The notes beneath the pieces were generated by a model. The model was not told the origin of the DNA. It saw only the letters and a list, made by a program, of their open reading frames with translations, and did no database searches. The position numbers and the translations under genes were made by a program. DNA of 64,000 nucleotides from Nymphaea colorata (Eukaryota), in contig NC_045138.2 in assembly GCF_008831285.2 (NCBI RefSeq), forward strand, positions 7,812,001-7,876,000, written 5' to 3'. Position 1 is the stretch's first letter. Each line of letters begins with the position of its first letter. Of the stretch, positions 47,372 through 59,600 are shown piece by piece.

Positions 47372-47721
47372 GGGCTCGTTTGATGGCCCAGAAATTATGA
47401 AAAATTTTGTTCGGATTTTTTTTTGTCCTTCCCTTTTTCCTCGGCCTCCCTCCTTTCCTTCTCCCTCTGTCTGCCTTCTTCTTTTCACCTTTCCTTTTTC
47501 CTCCCTTGCTCCTTTCTTCCTTTCTCTCTCCTTTTTTCCCCTAAACCTGAAAATATATTTCTTTTAATTAAACTAAGAAATAAATTTCTGAAAATTTATT
47601 TCTCAGACATCACACACATATTAAAATGGGAATTAAAAAGATTTTTCTCATTCTATTTTTCCAAAAAATATATTTTTAAAAATATATTTTCAATTGCAGA
47701 CTTCTAAATCATCAAACGGCA
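47372..47721. mobile_element. Tourist/PIF-like MITE; related pieces at ~29520-29745 and ~31030-31180
   Basis: Ends GGGCTCGTTTGATG / CATCAAACGGC; shared GAAAAATATTT-type internal motifs. Confidence 0.5.
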
Positions 47722-47962
47722 GTTTTTTTGCTCTTCACTCACGCCTTTTCTTCCAAATCTTGAGTGTTATGACCACTCCCAACCATCTCTGGCGCCAAGA
47801 AGGCCACCGGTGGCTTCCAGGCCAGTGACCCACGATAAGAGCATGACAGCTTTCACTTTTTTTGATTGTTTATTGTATCAATATATTTACTTTCTTATTT
47901 TTTTTTCCACTTGTTTATTTTTCTAGGTTTTCAGTGCGCCTTGTCTAGTGTGGCCATGTATG

Positions 47963-48156
47963 CAGGGGCGGACGGAGGGGGGGCCGCCAGGCCGTGGCCC
48001 TACCCCTAGCTAATTGAAAAAGAAAAGTTATATTAAAAAAATTAAAAATTTTTAGTTGCATAATGTATTTTTGGATTCGAGTTTAGTTTGGCCCTACCCG
48101 ATAAATTTGTTGGACAGTTTGTTATGCCCTTGCAAAAATGCCTTGCTCCACCCCTG
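47963..48156. mobile_element. hAT-type MITE (CAGGGGCGG TIR)
   Basis: Ends CAGGGGCGGA / TCCACCCCTG; TSD CATGTATG/CATCTATG. Confidence 0.85.
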
Positions 48157-49288
48157 CATCTATGTATCCAACCCTTGGCACGCCGTTGCACCAGTGAGCC
48201 AATCGTTGTCCCTAAAATCATTCCTTGCTGTTTTAGGTTTTCCAAGAACTTCATTTGAGAAACTAATTAAGTTACACGAGTTTAAACGAGCTGAGCTCAA
48301 GCTCTACAAAGATTTCCAAACCAAGTTCGAGCTCACCTTATGAAGCTTGACTCAAGCTCCAGCCAAGCAAGAATTATGAGTGAACCTGAATTGGCTTAGC
48401 TCAAGGTCAACTCGACTCATGTTCGGCCCTAGAGGAGAGTGAGGTGAGGGCAGAAAAACTGCAGTGTGCACCTTTTTTCTGGTTTGACCAAGCGTAGAAT
48501 GAAGAATAAGAAAGAAAATAAAGGGGCCCTTTACCTGAGATGTCTCTCCTTCATCAAGTCAATCAAACCTTCAATATTGCAGTGAGCCAATACTCTATTT
48601 CTGAATTAGATCATATAGATCTCTTTCCTAATCCTGACATTCTTCTTTTGAAGAGATGGTTCTAAACTTCCTTTACACTGTAGAAATCTCCATTTGATGC
48701 ATGTGAAGCAAGGAAGTGGCAAGTTATTTGGATTGGAAAATTTATAGGAGGACAGCAAGTAAGCCAGTCAATGATGGTGCTGTTCCGATCTTAGCAGAAA
48801 TTTCCTCTACCTCTTCAGGATGGGAGGACTTTTCTTTCTGACTTTGATCATATCTTTCTTTTCTGGGTGTTGGAGTTAGAGCTTGTATCCTCTTCTTGAT
48901 GATTCACGTCTCTCTTATAATAGAATTTTTCTCAGGTGAGGTGTGTTAAGAAAGCAATCCAAGGCATTCAACTAACATTGATAATAGAACTAGGAAAAGA
49001 TAAGTATATCGAACACAAATAACAAGGCAAGATCGACTCAAGTAGAAGCAAGGGTGCTGAGCATCAAGAAGTCGTCGTCGTCTATAAGAAAGAAGAAGAA
49101 AGGCCTTCCTAGTTGCAATCTACTCGTAGACAATCTCTTAACTGATAAAGTCCCCTATTATAACTTAAAATTGCATAAAGTATATAGCTCATTTGTAGGA
49201 CTTGTTGCTTCAAGACAAGCTTTGATTGAAGATTTGGAGAGCGATGCTGCCCATCAACTGAGGAAAGAACTACTTCCTTACCAATATG

Positions 49289-49593
49289 TAGACTTGGCCA
49301 TTGGGCCCGGGTTGGCCCGATGCCCGATACTCGAGCCTGAACCTGGATCCGATATTTGTTATTCGTTACTCGAGCCTAGGTTCAGGCCGACCCGATTAAA
49401 ATAAAAAAAATATTTTTTAAACATAAAATAATTTTTTGAATATAAAATATATTTTTAATAATAAAATATATATTATTACATAAAAATAATAAAAAATAAA
49501 CAAAATGTTAATTAGGCAGACCCGGGCTGACTTCTTCAAGCCTGGCCCCAATTGGGCTGGGTACCAGGTACCAGAGCCCATTGCCTAAGCTTA
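49289..49593. mobile_element. Degenerate hAT-type MITE of the Pack-element family
   Basis: Ends TAGACTTGGCCATTGGGCC / GCCCATTGCCTAAGCTTA; degenerate TSD CCAATATG/CCACTATA. Confidence 0.7.
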
Positions 49594-51465
49594 CCACTAT
49601 ATGCCTCTTAATTGAATCTTGACTTAATACATTCATACTATATATTTTTATAATTACATTATTGAGGTAGAGATTTCAGGAATAATCAGGTAAGGAAGGA
49701 AAGACAGCAACACAACTGGCTCAGGAAGAGATGTACTTGAAGAAACACAAGGCAGGAAAGAAAGAAGGTTTGGAATATCAAAAGGGTCAAGATGAGCAAT
49801 CCTAGCAAAATGCCTTGGAACCAACATCAATTGATGAGCAAAGCCCACAATGCACTTGCAAACAGTGCATTACAGAAATCATGCACTTTCAAAAAGAGCT
49901 TTGCGCAAAGCACACACTCACAAAGCAAAGCGAATCAATAAAGCACTTGCAAAGCGACGTATTAGGGCTTTGCTCACTGATTGCTCGTGGCCTGACTCTG
50001 CGAGCGCTTCTAGGTGATGAACAATATAGTAATGTAGTGAAAGTTGTTCTTGTCGCCCAATGGATAATAAATTTGAATGGCATTACTGCAAGTGCAAAGC
50101 GCACATGCTTTGCTTTGGCTTTCAATGTCCACACGAACATAACGTAGTTTATGTCGTTTTGGTAAGCAAAGCGAATTCATGAGTAGCAGTGATGCTTAGG
50201 AAAAGCATGGTTCTCTTTGCATTCGAGCTTTCATTCCCCACCAATAGATAATGACAGATGAAAATAACCAAACCACCTCTACGAAATGCTCTGAGTGAAG
50301 CAAAAGCAAAGCGAGTGCACCAACACAAAGTACTCGCAAAGCATTGAGCTTATCAAAATAGCATGAACTATGTTATGCTTGTTTTGACATTGAAAGCCAA
50401 AGCAAAACGAGTGTGCTTTTGCACTTGAGGGGGCAATAAGTGAGGGCAGCATGTTCTTATATATATATATATATATATATATTGCATCAGCTGGGTATGA
50501 TTAAGCATGTACATCGACGACATCGGGTACATGAATGACATTTCAAAGAAAACGATTGGACTCACCAGTGCAGGCTGCTCATCGTGGGTCAGCCGTCAAT
50601 CATGTATGGTAAGTTGCCGGTCTCGGAGCCTCGTCGGACAAGGTGGGTTCCATCTCCATCCACCGGAACCCTCAAATAGATAAACAATAGACTGTGTGAA
50701 AATCCACCGCGGTTGACTGCTTTCGTTTTACTAATGGGTTGCAGTCGGTGGAGATGGTTGGGAGGGTTATGGATCCAGAGGTTTGAGAGAGAAAGTGGAG
50801 TAGAGACATAAAGAGAGAAAAAAAACGAGGGTTGCTGCCGGTGAACTAAAGGCTTTAGTAACAATTTTAAAATGATTGGAACTTTTGTGCTTTTTAAAAG
50901 GTCGTTATAATTTTAAAATGTTAAAGCCGCAGGGAATTTTTAGATAACATTTTTTTTAAAGGAAAGGTTCGCGTCTCTTCTTTTCGCAAATCTAAAGCTA
51001 GAGCTAATTTGAGTAGAGTTAGAATTCAAGTTTCAATTCGATCTCGACTCGATCGCTTACACATTCGAATTTTCATTCAAACTTAAGCTTAGCTCATTTA
51101 AGAAAAAGATCAACTCGAACTCAATCGTGAGCCGAGCTTCAATGAGCTCGGCTCGAGGCCTAGATAGATAGAAATCCCTTAAATAAGGAGAGACTTTGTG
51201 ATGTGTGGAACGAAATTACGCTTAAAAGCAAGTACTGCAAATGTAAATTTCTGCTATTTGAAAACTCCCGGCGCCCGCTGCCATGGCGAACAAGGACATG
51301 TCTCTGCGGGCGTTTGGACAAGCCAATAAAAAGCAGTACGAGTGCTCCCCACAGCATCGCGCACGCCTTGTGGGACAGAAAGCAAGGCTGTTCTCATGTT
51401 CTACCGGCCGTAGAGGAAGTCCTCTTGTGCTACATCAAGGAGAAGGCGAGGAGGAAGATGAACTG

Positions 51466-53879
51466 ATGGCCATCTCTGAAGCTGAATCTCCTCTTCTTGC
51501 GGATGGTGACGGTGGCTTTCTCGTGGACAACACCATGGGCTTCAAAGGCCACCGAGCTGTCGGCGGCTGGAGGTCCTCAGCCTTCCTAATTGGTAAGGAA
51601 AGAAAAAAGAGAGGAGGGGAATCAGGGGAAGGGAGGTTTAATCAAGAGGGTGGTCGACTGGTCGTCCATTCTCGAGCCCTTTACCACGATTTGAAAGAAA
51701 GCTTTGATGGGTGTTTAGATGCAAAGCGTGGGCGGGGACAGAGATGCTCCATCCTGCAATTTCCTAACTTATCTCAGTTCTTTTCTGGATACCAATGCAG
51801 GAAAATTTTGCCTTTCTTCTTCTTCTGTTCTGTTTTTTCTGTTTATTTTTTTTCCTTTTTGTAGTTTTGAGTATCTTGTTGTTTACCACTTGCTTGGGGA
51901 AGTGAAGGTTCTGAGGTGTGCGAGAAGCTTGCTTCCTGGGGAGTGGTCTCCAATCTCATTAACTACCTCACGGGACCTCTGCATCAGTCCAACGCTATGG
52001 CGGCAGCGAATGTGAACATTTGGCTGGGTGTGTTGGCTATGCTGCCTCTGTTGGGGGCGTATGTGGCTGACGCCTATTTAGGCCACTACATGACCATTCT
52101 CATATCTGGCCTGCTTTACTTGCTTGTACTCTCTCTCTCTCTCTCTCTCTCTTTTTCTCCCTCTCTCGTGTGCCTTAGTCCGAAAACTGAGACAGGATTG
52201 TGAAAACTTTCAGGGTTTGGGATTCTTGACTTTATCTATGGTGCTTCCATTTGGTTGTGGTGGTAGCGACCGTTCAAGATGTGCTTCCCCACCAGAGATT
52301 CAAGTGGCCTTCTTCTTCTTCTCCCTTTACTTGGTTGCGTTAGGAGCCGCAGGGCACAAGCCATGCTTGCAGGCATTTAGTGCAGACCAGTTTGACGAGA
52401 GTGATCCTAAGGAGAAGAGATCCAAGAATTCTTTTTTCAATTGGTGGTGTTTTGCATCTTATCTTGCGGGTCTGATCTCCATATTGGCCCTAAATTACGT
52501 TCAAGAATATCTGGGTTGGGGACTCGAATACGGTGTTTCGTGCATGTTCATGGCATCTTCACTGGCAATTTTCTTGGTTGGCACCTTCACCTACCGGTTT
52601 AAATTAGCCCCAGAAAGAAACCCTTTCACAAAGATTGCGCAGGTGTTTGTTGCCGCTATACGTAAATCCAAATGGCCCATGGAAGAATCAAATTGCTCCA
52701 CTGGTACTAATGGGCAGTTCGGGTAAAAAAACATAGGAAAGCTGTATGTTGTTTTTCTTGCTCTGTCTTCTCTGCTTTCCAAGCATAATGGTAGATCTGT
52801 TCTTATTCCTTGCTGCGGTTTTTTCAACTAAGCATTTCCACTCATTCTCATTGTGTCAAAAGATTCTGACTTCATGAAACCTTTTCGCAGTAGAGGTTCA
52901 CATGAACACTATTTTATTATTATTATTATTTTTTCGGCCAGAGATTTCCTGTTAATGATAAAAAACTGGGGGCATGTGTTGGTAGCAGTTCTGGCTCCAT
53001 TCCGATAGATCGCTTATTAATGTCTGTCTTGTGTTGCATAGGTTCTTAAATAGAGCTGCAATTCAGGTGAACTCAGAACCTTCTTCATGTAAGAGGACCA
53101 ACTGGATAATATGCTCAGTTGAACAAGTCGAAGAGGTAAAGGGAGTTTTACGCTTGATTCCCATATGGGCTGCATGTTTGGCATATGGAATTTTTCCTCC
53201 CCAGTCATCCACTTTCTTTACAAAACAAGGTTCCACCATGGACAGAAAAATCGGACCAAATTTCTCTATTCCAGCAGCGGCCTTACAGTGCTTCATTGCT
53301 ATGACTGTAGTTATCTTCCTCCCTATCTATGACAGAATCCTCGTTCCAGTTGCAAGGAGTTTCACGGGCCTTCCTTCTGGCATAACACTGCTGCAGAGGA
53401 TAGGAACCGGTATGTTTTTGTCAATATTGGCTTTGACAGTGGCAGCTCTGGTAGAGCTGAAGAGGCTGAAGATTGCCAGAGATTCAGGTCTGGTGGACCT
53501 GCCTATGGTGACTCTGCCCATGAGCATATTTTGGCTGTTACCCCAATACGTGCTGTGTGGTGCTTCTGAGGGCTTTGCAGTGGCGGGAATGCAACAGTTC
53601 TTTTATGATCAGATGCCGGAGAGTCTACGGAGTGCTGGAGTGGCGCTTTATATTAGTGTGTATGGATTAGGCTGCTTGTTGAGTGGCTTTCTTGTTTCTC
53701 TGGTGGAGAAACTGACCAAGGAAACAAGGGGAGGCAGTTGGTTCTCAAACAATCTTAACAAAGCTCATCTCGATTACTACTATTGGGCCTTGGCTGGACT
53801 TAATGTTCTTGGCTTGTGCGTGTTTCTGTTCTCTGCTCAATCATATGTTTACAGGAGCAAAACATGCTTCTTGCAGTGA
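51466..53879 (+). CDS. NRT1/PTR family transporter, NPF5.10-like, 4 exons, 563 aa
   Basis: Exons 51466-51592, 51908-52125, 52214-52722, 53042-53879; 1692 nt in frame. Motifs GGWRSS, EVCEK (ExxEK), ADAYLG, GHKPCLQAFSADQFDE, SFFNWW, VEEVKGVLRLIPIW, FFTKQGSTMDR, FFYDQMPESLRS, NNLNKAHLDYYYW. Confidence 0.93.
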
Positions 53880-56663
53880 TGCGTGTCAGCACCCCGGGGC
53901 CAATTTTCACAGAAATGAAGCGTAGAAATGAGCGGTAATAACTGCTATTTCTCTGGAGCATGTGGTGAAGCGATCCCCTACTCATTCATTACAAACAAAG
54001 TGTAAAGGATCTTATGATTTTGTTTCTGCTGATTTTCACATTTACTGCACCACTGTGACTATTATGCCTGTTGTATGGCTTGGCAGTTGCAAGCACAACA
54101 CAGCGGCAGCGGCACTGAAAAAGTATTTTAGTATGAACTTTAGTATGGAAATATGTAAATAAAGATTCAGTTTGATAGAAGTTCAAGATTGCTAGTATCA
54201 TCCTGTCTTATTGTTTTCCAAAGAATTTGGACTTGACTACATTTTGTATAGCATCCAGGAGATAAAAATTTAATTTTTTTTTTTTTTGGCAAAGTTTGTG
54301 CGTTGGAGAGATGAGGAGGTTTCAAGTTGCTTTCTTTCTTCTTCCTCATGGAGTCGACCACCACACTGTAGATCTCAGTCTTGCAAAGAAAACTTGAACA
54401 AATATAGGATGTTGTTGTATGTGTGACTTTGTGAGGATTAAAGCCTATATTTTTCAATATGATGCATCAATGTTCTTCTTGCGAAGGTCTGAAAAAACCA
54501 ATTAATCTGGATCTTATAATAGTCAAGACTTGTTGAACCTTTTCCCTTGGCCAATAAGACATGGTTCAAGTGCTTAATTATCGTTGCTAAAGACACCATA
54601 AATCATCACTAATTTCACTTTAGTAATCACTTTTTAGCAATAAGCTTTTAAAATTTCACCATCCGATCACATCGAACATCCCACAGGATCGAATTGTTCT
54701 ATACACATACATATAGGGCCAAGATGAGGCTCAATAGTTGTAGTGCAGATGGCCCATAACATTTAACATAAATGAGAAAACACGCACTTGAGTTCCAATA
54801 GGGCCAATATGAGGCTCAATAGTTCATAGTTGTGGTGCAGATGGCTTGGCTCTATCCCTGCCCTGCCGTTGCTCTTGCGAGTATGATTGCTACCCAATAG
54901 TATTCTGCCAGCAAGAGAAGGGGCGAGGCAGGCTGCTAGTAGCCAGGGGGGTGTTGGGCTCAAATCTTTTAGGGACCCCCATTGCTATTTGTACATGTAT
55001 ATAGGAAAGTTGGTACAACCCAGAGACAGGAGACAGAAAATAGACACATTAAAGATAATTATTGAAGTACTTTCTGCAACCTAACCTCATAGACATAATT
55101 TTAAGAGTGATTGGTGACAAACGTATATTAGTTGTTTTTCACTTTAATAATGTTTTTTTTTTAATCGAAAGATGAATTGATCTTAAAGCATCAAAATTTT
55201 TTATAGCAGAAAAGATCAATTTTTCTTACAGGAATATCTTGAACTAAAAAATGATTTATATAAATTAGTGTTTACAAACACAGTATGAGGCTGACATTTG
55301 TTTAAACACGTTTCGATACAAATTTAAGAGGTCTCGTTTTCATCCCTCATGCAAATGATATGGTATTTACCGATTAATATATATATATATATAGACACAC
55401 ACATTAATCACACAACTTTTTCGGTGATCTCCTCTTCCTATAATTGTGACATGTGGTCAGGTCTATTTTCAACTCTAAATTATTTGCACAATCGGCTGGA
55501 TGTTTTACTTATATAATGTGATTTGTCACCTATTGAATATGTCCCATTTTGTTTGTATCATTTAAAAAGAGTCCGAAACACGTTTCGGTCTTTAATGGCC
55601 ATACGTGGGTGGTGGACGCCTTTATTTTACGATTTTGTTATCAAACTATCAGTTATTTCTTTACTGACACTTTTTTTGGGGTCATTAAAGAGCCTTCTTT
55701 TTTCTTTTTGGAAAAGCGAACTGGTGCAGTCAGTAAAGAGCGGTTCTTTTTTTTTTGTGCTAACAGAGTCGGTGCCGGCATCAAATTAATTAAAGACATT
55801 AGACTACCACTAAAGCTTTTCCATGGTGTCGTTCAAGTAAGTTACGAAGGTCTAAGCTTCCAATAAAGGATCTGCAGGTTCGAAGGTCTAAGCTTCCTCT
55901 CGTCGATAAAGAAGAGATTGTCTATAATTTAAGACTTTACATTTGATTCTTCTCTTTTCAAAATGATATAAATTTGCCTAGATTTCCACAAAAAAATTGT
56001 TTTTAATCTTACCTTCAAAATTCATTACCTTTCCTACATAGTAATATTAAATATTAATATTTTATTTTGGAGTTTTTAAATCTATTTGATTTCTCTTCAT
56101 TTACTCCACATCTCTCATTTCTGTCTCAATTTTTTGAGAGTTGCATACAACAAGAAAAATGAAAACACATTGCATTTCCATTCCGTCATATTTGTCACCC
56201 CTTTATAATGTTTTGGGACTTGGCTGAGAAGTGATATACTCATTAATTACAATATCGTGCATCCACTATTTACAGTACTAAGGAGTAGTACCTATAAAAT
56301 CAGACTGGACTTTCACCGATTCAACTGTCTGACCTGTTATGTTATATCCCTCGATGCAAACTTGATTAAGGATGAACATGTGAGACATCCATTATGGAGG
56401 GACACATTATGCCACAAAAAAAAGACATTTGTTCTAAATGCCATTACCAGTGCAAGCAAGTAATTTGGCGAACCAAAACAAAGGTCTTTCTGGTTTCCCT
56501 TTGAAAACAAGTTACACGTTGATTTAATACTTTTCACTTAAATGAAAACTCATTTTCCAAGTACACACATACTCTAATTGTTTCCTTTTGTTTTTCTTCA
56601 TGCAACGAAAAGCAACGTCATGTTGAAAGGAAAAAAGAGGATTGGAGTTACTCTCCCTGGTAA

Positions 56664-59600
56664 CACTACAACAAATAATGTTATTTTCTAGGGCTGCTGC
56701 CGTGACCAATAATCAAGTTTCCATTACCTACAATGTTTTTGGCAATGGTTCATATTTTAGCGATTACTATAGGCTTCCCTTGCCATAGGTCTTGTGCCCA
56801 AAAATAATTGTGCAAGGCAAAAGCCGTTGCCAAAAAGATTTTGAGCGCAGTTCACCTTGTTATTAGCTATGATTGGAGCCGTTGCCAAAAGGATTTTGGG
56901 CACACCTCAAGTTCTTATTGGCTACAATTTTATATAAATATAAATATAAATATAAATATAAATATATATTCAAATAAAATTGAAAAGACATTCTCACAAT
57001 TGATTTTCATTAAATAAAAAACACTACAATAGTGTGTCCAGCTAACCCCAAATTATAAACATATTCATCCAGTATCCAGTTTTCAAAGAAATTTTTATTT
57101 GATTGATCAAAGACTGATCCTGTTGATTCAATATTTTCTCCACCTTTATCTTCATCTGCTAAAAAAAAATTCATCTGTTATGTTTATGTCACCAAAATTC
57201 AACAAAAAAATCCATGATGAGCTTGAGTTCTAACAAAACATTGCTAGGAGACGATTGGGCACCATTTTGTGCATATAGACATAAGTGAAAAAAAACACAA
57301 TAATGGAAACTCATTTTTTAAGCAAAAAATCTTGCAAAGAAATAAGGTTCTTGGAGAAATTAGCGATCATGATTTTTTCTCTAAAGGTGCCACCATGAGT
57401 GGCCATGCAATATTTCTCCATAGACTACCTCACAATTGAAATGTAGCAAACAGAAGACGAAATAGTGAGGCATCCAAATGCTTATCAAACCAACAACACA
57501 AAATATGTGAGCAAATAAAAAGAGAGGAAAGGCAAAATAGAAGGAAACCTGTGATAAGAAGGCCTAAGGAAGTCATATTGTTTGCCTGAGGATAATAAAA
57601 TAATGAGAAGAACATTAGCCTCACAAGAACAGAAATCTCACACTTTTGTGCTCATTAGTTTTTCCAAAACATGAACCACTTTTTGCCGTTTTACACTACG
57701 TGTAGTGCCATGCTGATATTATATGGACAGAAAAATTTAAGACCTCATTATATTAGCCAAAAAGAGGAAAATGGGAAAATCAAATAATACCAGAAAAATC
57801 TGTAATTGCACATACAATAACAGGACAAAAATAACCAATATTGCATGGTTCAAGGTACTTGGTTCTGAAACCTAAATTTTCAGCGGTAACTAGGATGTTG
57901 TAGCCATTGTGAACTGCACAAACATGGTTCCCCGAAAGAGAAACAATAACATTAACTAAAAGTACATGAGAGAAAGAACAGATGCATGCCAAACTGCTTT
58001 TGGAGTACTGAAACCTACTAGCAAGAAAGAATTGATGCAAGGAGAGTAGCATGAAGTCCCTCACAACATGTTGATCTGTGTATTTTCAAATGGGTACAGC
58101 CGTATAGGTAGGGTTCAGGATCAGCTTAGAGAAAGAGGAGAGACTAAACCACCAACTTTTGCCGACATGATCAGAGGAGGTAATAAAATCAATTCATGTA
58201 TGTAACTTGTTAGGCCTTGAGAGATAAGAAAAGCTACTCACCAGCCCTTGGAGTTCAGCTAATTCAAAGAGCACTAAAATATAAAAAAAAACACAATTGA
58301 AAACTATTGGCACATATGAGTTATAGTTGCTTTACATTTCAAATACTCAATGTTTTGATTGTCCAGTACCTATAAATACTTCTGTCTGCCTTTATCTATA
58401 ATTTATGTTCGAAATCTCCATTTCCCTTGATTTCAGTCATCCAGAACTTTTCTTCCTTGCATGTTACAACAACAATTTACCTGGGATTTTAGTGGATGCA
58501 TTCTCTTTCAAATTTATTTTACTTTAAATTGAAATTCCAAAATATCGAATATTCCAACAGATTGATTTATGAATCGCTTGAACTGAAAAGTTGACTTGAA
58601 CTGAAAAGTTGAAAGTCATGCCAAAACACTTGAATGTGAACCAAACTTCAAATGCCACCAGGGTAATGTATGCCTAAGAACATGGATATGATAATTATCA
58701 CAAGCTTGATACTGTTATGTTATCCTAAATGAGTGAATTTCATCTGAGGCCAAACTCCATCTTTAAGTCCAAAGCAGTGTACAACTTAAAACAGCAAACA
58801 AATTCAAGTAGAATGCAGCCATGATATGCAGACATCATATTTTCCTGGTGACTGATTGAAAAGAGTGTAAAAACTTGAAAATATTCTGGTTTTCTTCATC
58901 TTATTTGCTTCTTCTTCTTTTTTTTTCCTGTGTACATATTTGAAATGATGAATCCTAATATAACAGAATTTTAGGTTTCTACCTAAGTAACATTTAGGAA
59001 CTCTAGATAGAAAATGAGAAGTAAGATCATTCCACTCAGATTGCTAAAGTGCAGACCTGCATCGTAGTTTAGTTACACACATGGAGAAACTTGAGATCGA
59101 TCCATACGGTTATACATAGAAGATGCCATTCATCCTACATAAATTTTCCTTCTTCACTACTGATGTCATTTTCAAAATTAGGGGTGTGGTTTTGCCATCA
59201 AAAAATCATCTTATAGATCTGCAACAAAGATGCTAAAGCAAGCTAGAAAGTAATTGATCTAATCATGTTGTTAGTTAAGAGAATAATCCTAGAAGATTAC
59301 TAGAAACAAGTATAGAATAAATATCTATACCAACTTGTAATTGCAGTCCTTTTTCCAGTAGAGCATGCACTAAATTTTATTGAACTAGTGAAGCCAACTT
59401 TGCATATGAGTAAACAAATGGCAGCTCCAGCTCAAATATAAAACTGCCCACCATTGCATGCACTCATGGAAAGATGATAGTGACCATAAATGGCAGCAAT
59501 ACATAACATGGCATAAGGAAGATATATATGTAATTTAGGAAAAATATCTAATTTAGTAACCCTTGTAAGCAAAACTCTACAAACTTTCAATTGAATCCAG

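Larger units (their letters stand above)
47181..50993. mobile_element. MULE-like element defined by ~135-bp inverted termini
   Basis: 47181-47313 aligns with the reverse complement of 50860-50993 (ATTTGC.AAAAGA..G..CGCGAACC...TTTAACATTTTAAAATTATAA...TCATTTT.A.ATTGTT). No TSD or transposase found. Confidence 0.6.

Noticed and set aside
57694..57707. CACTAC-GT-GTAGTG as the second CACTA end
   Set aside because: No matching 3-bp TSD or subterminal repeats; probably chance.
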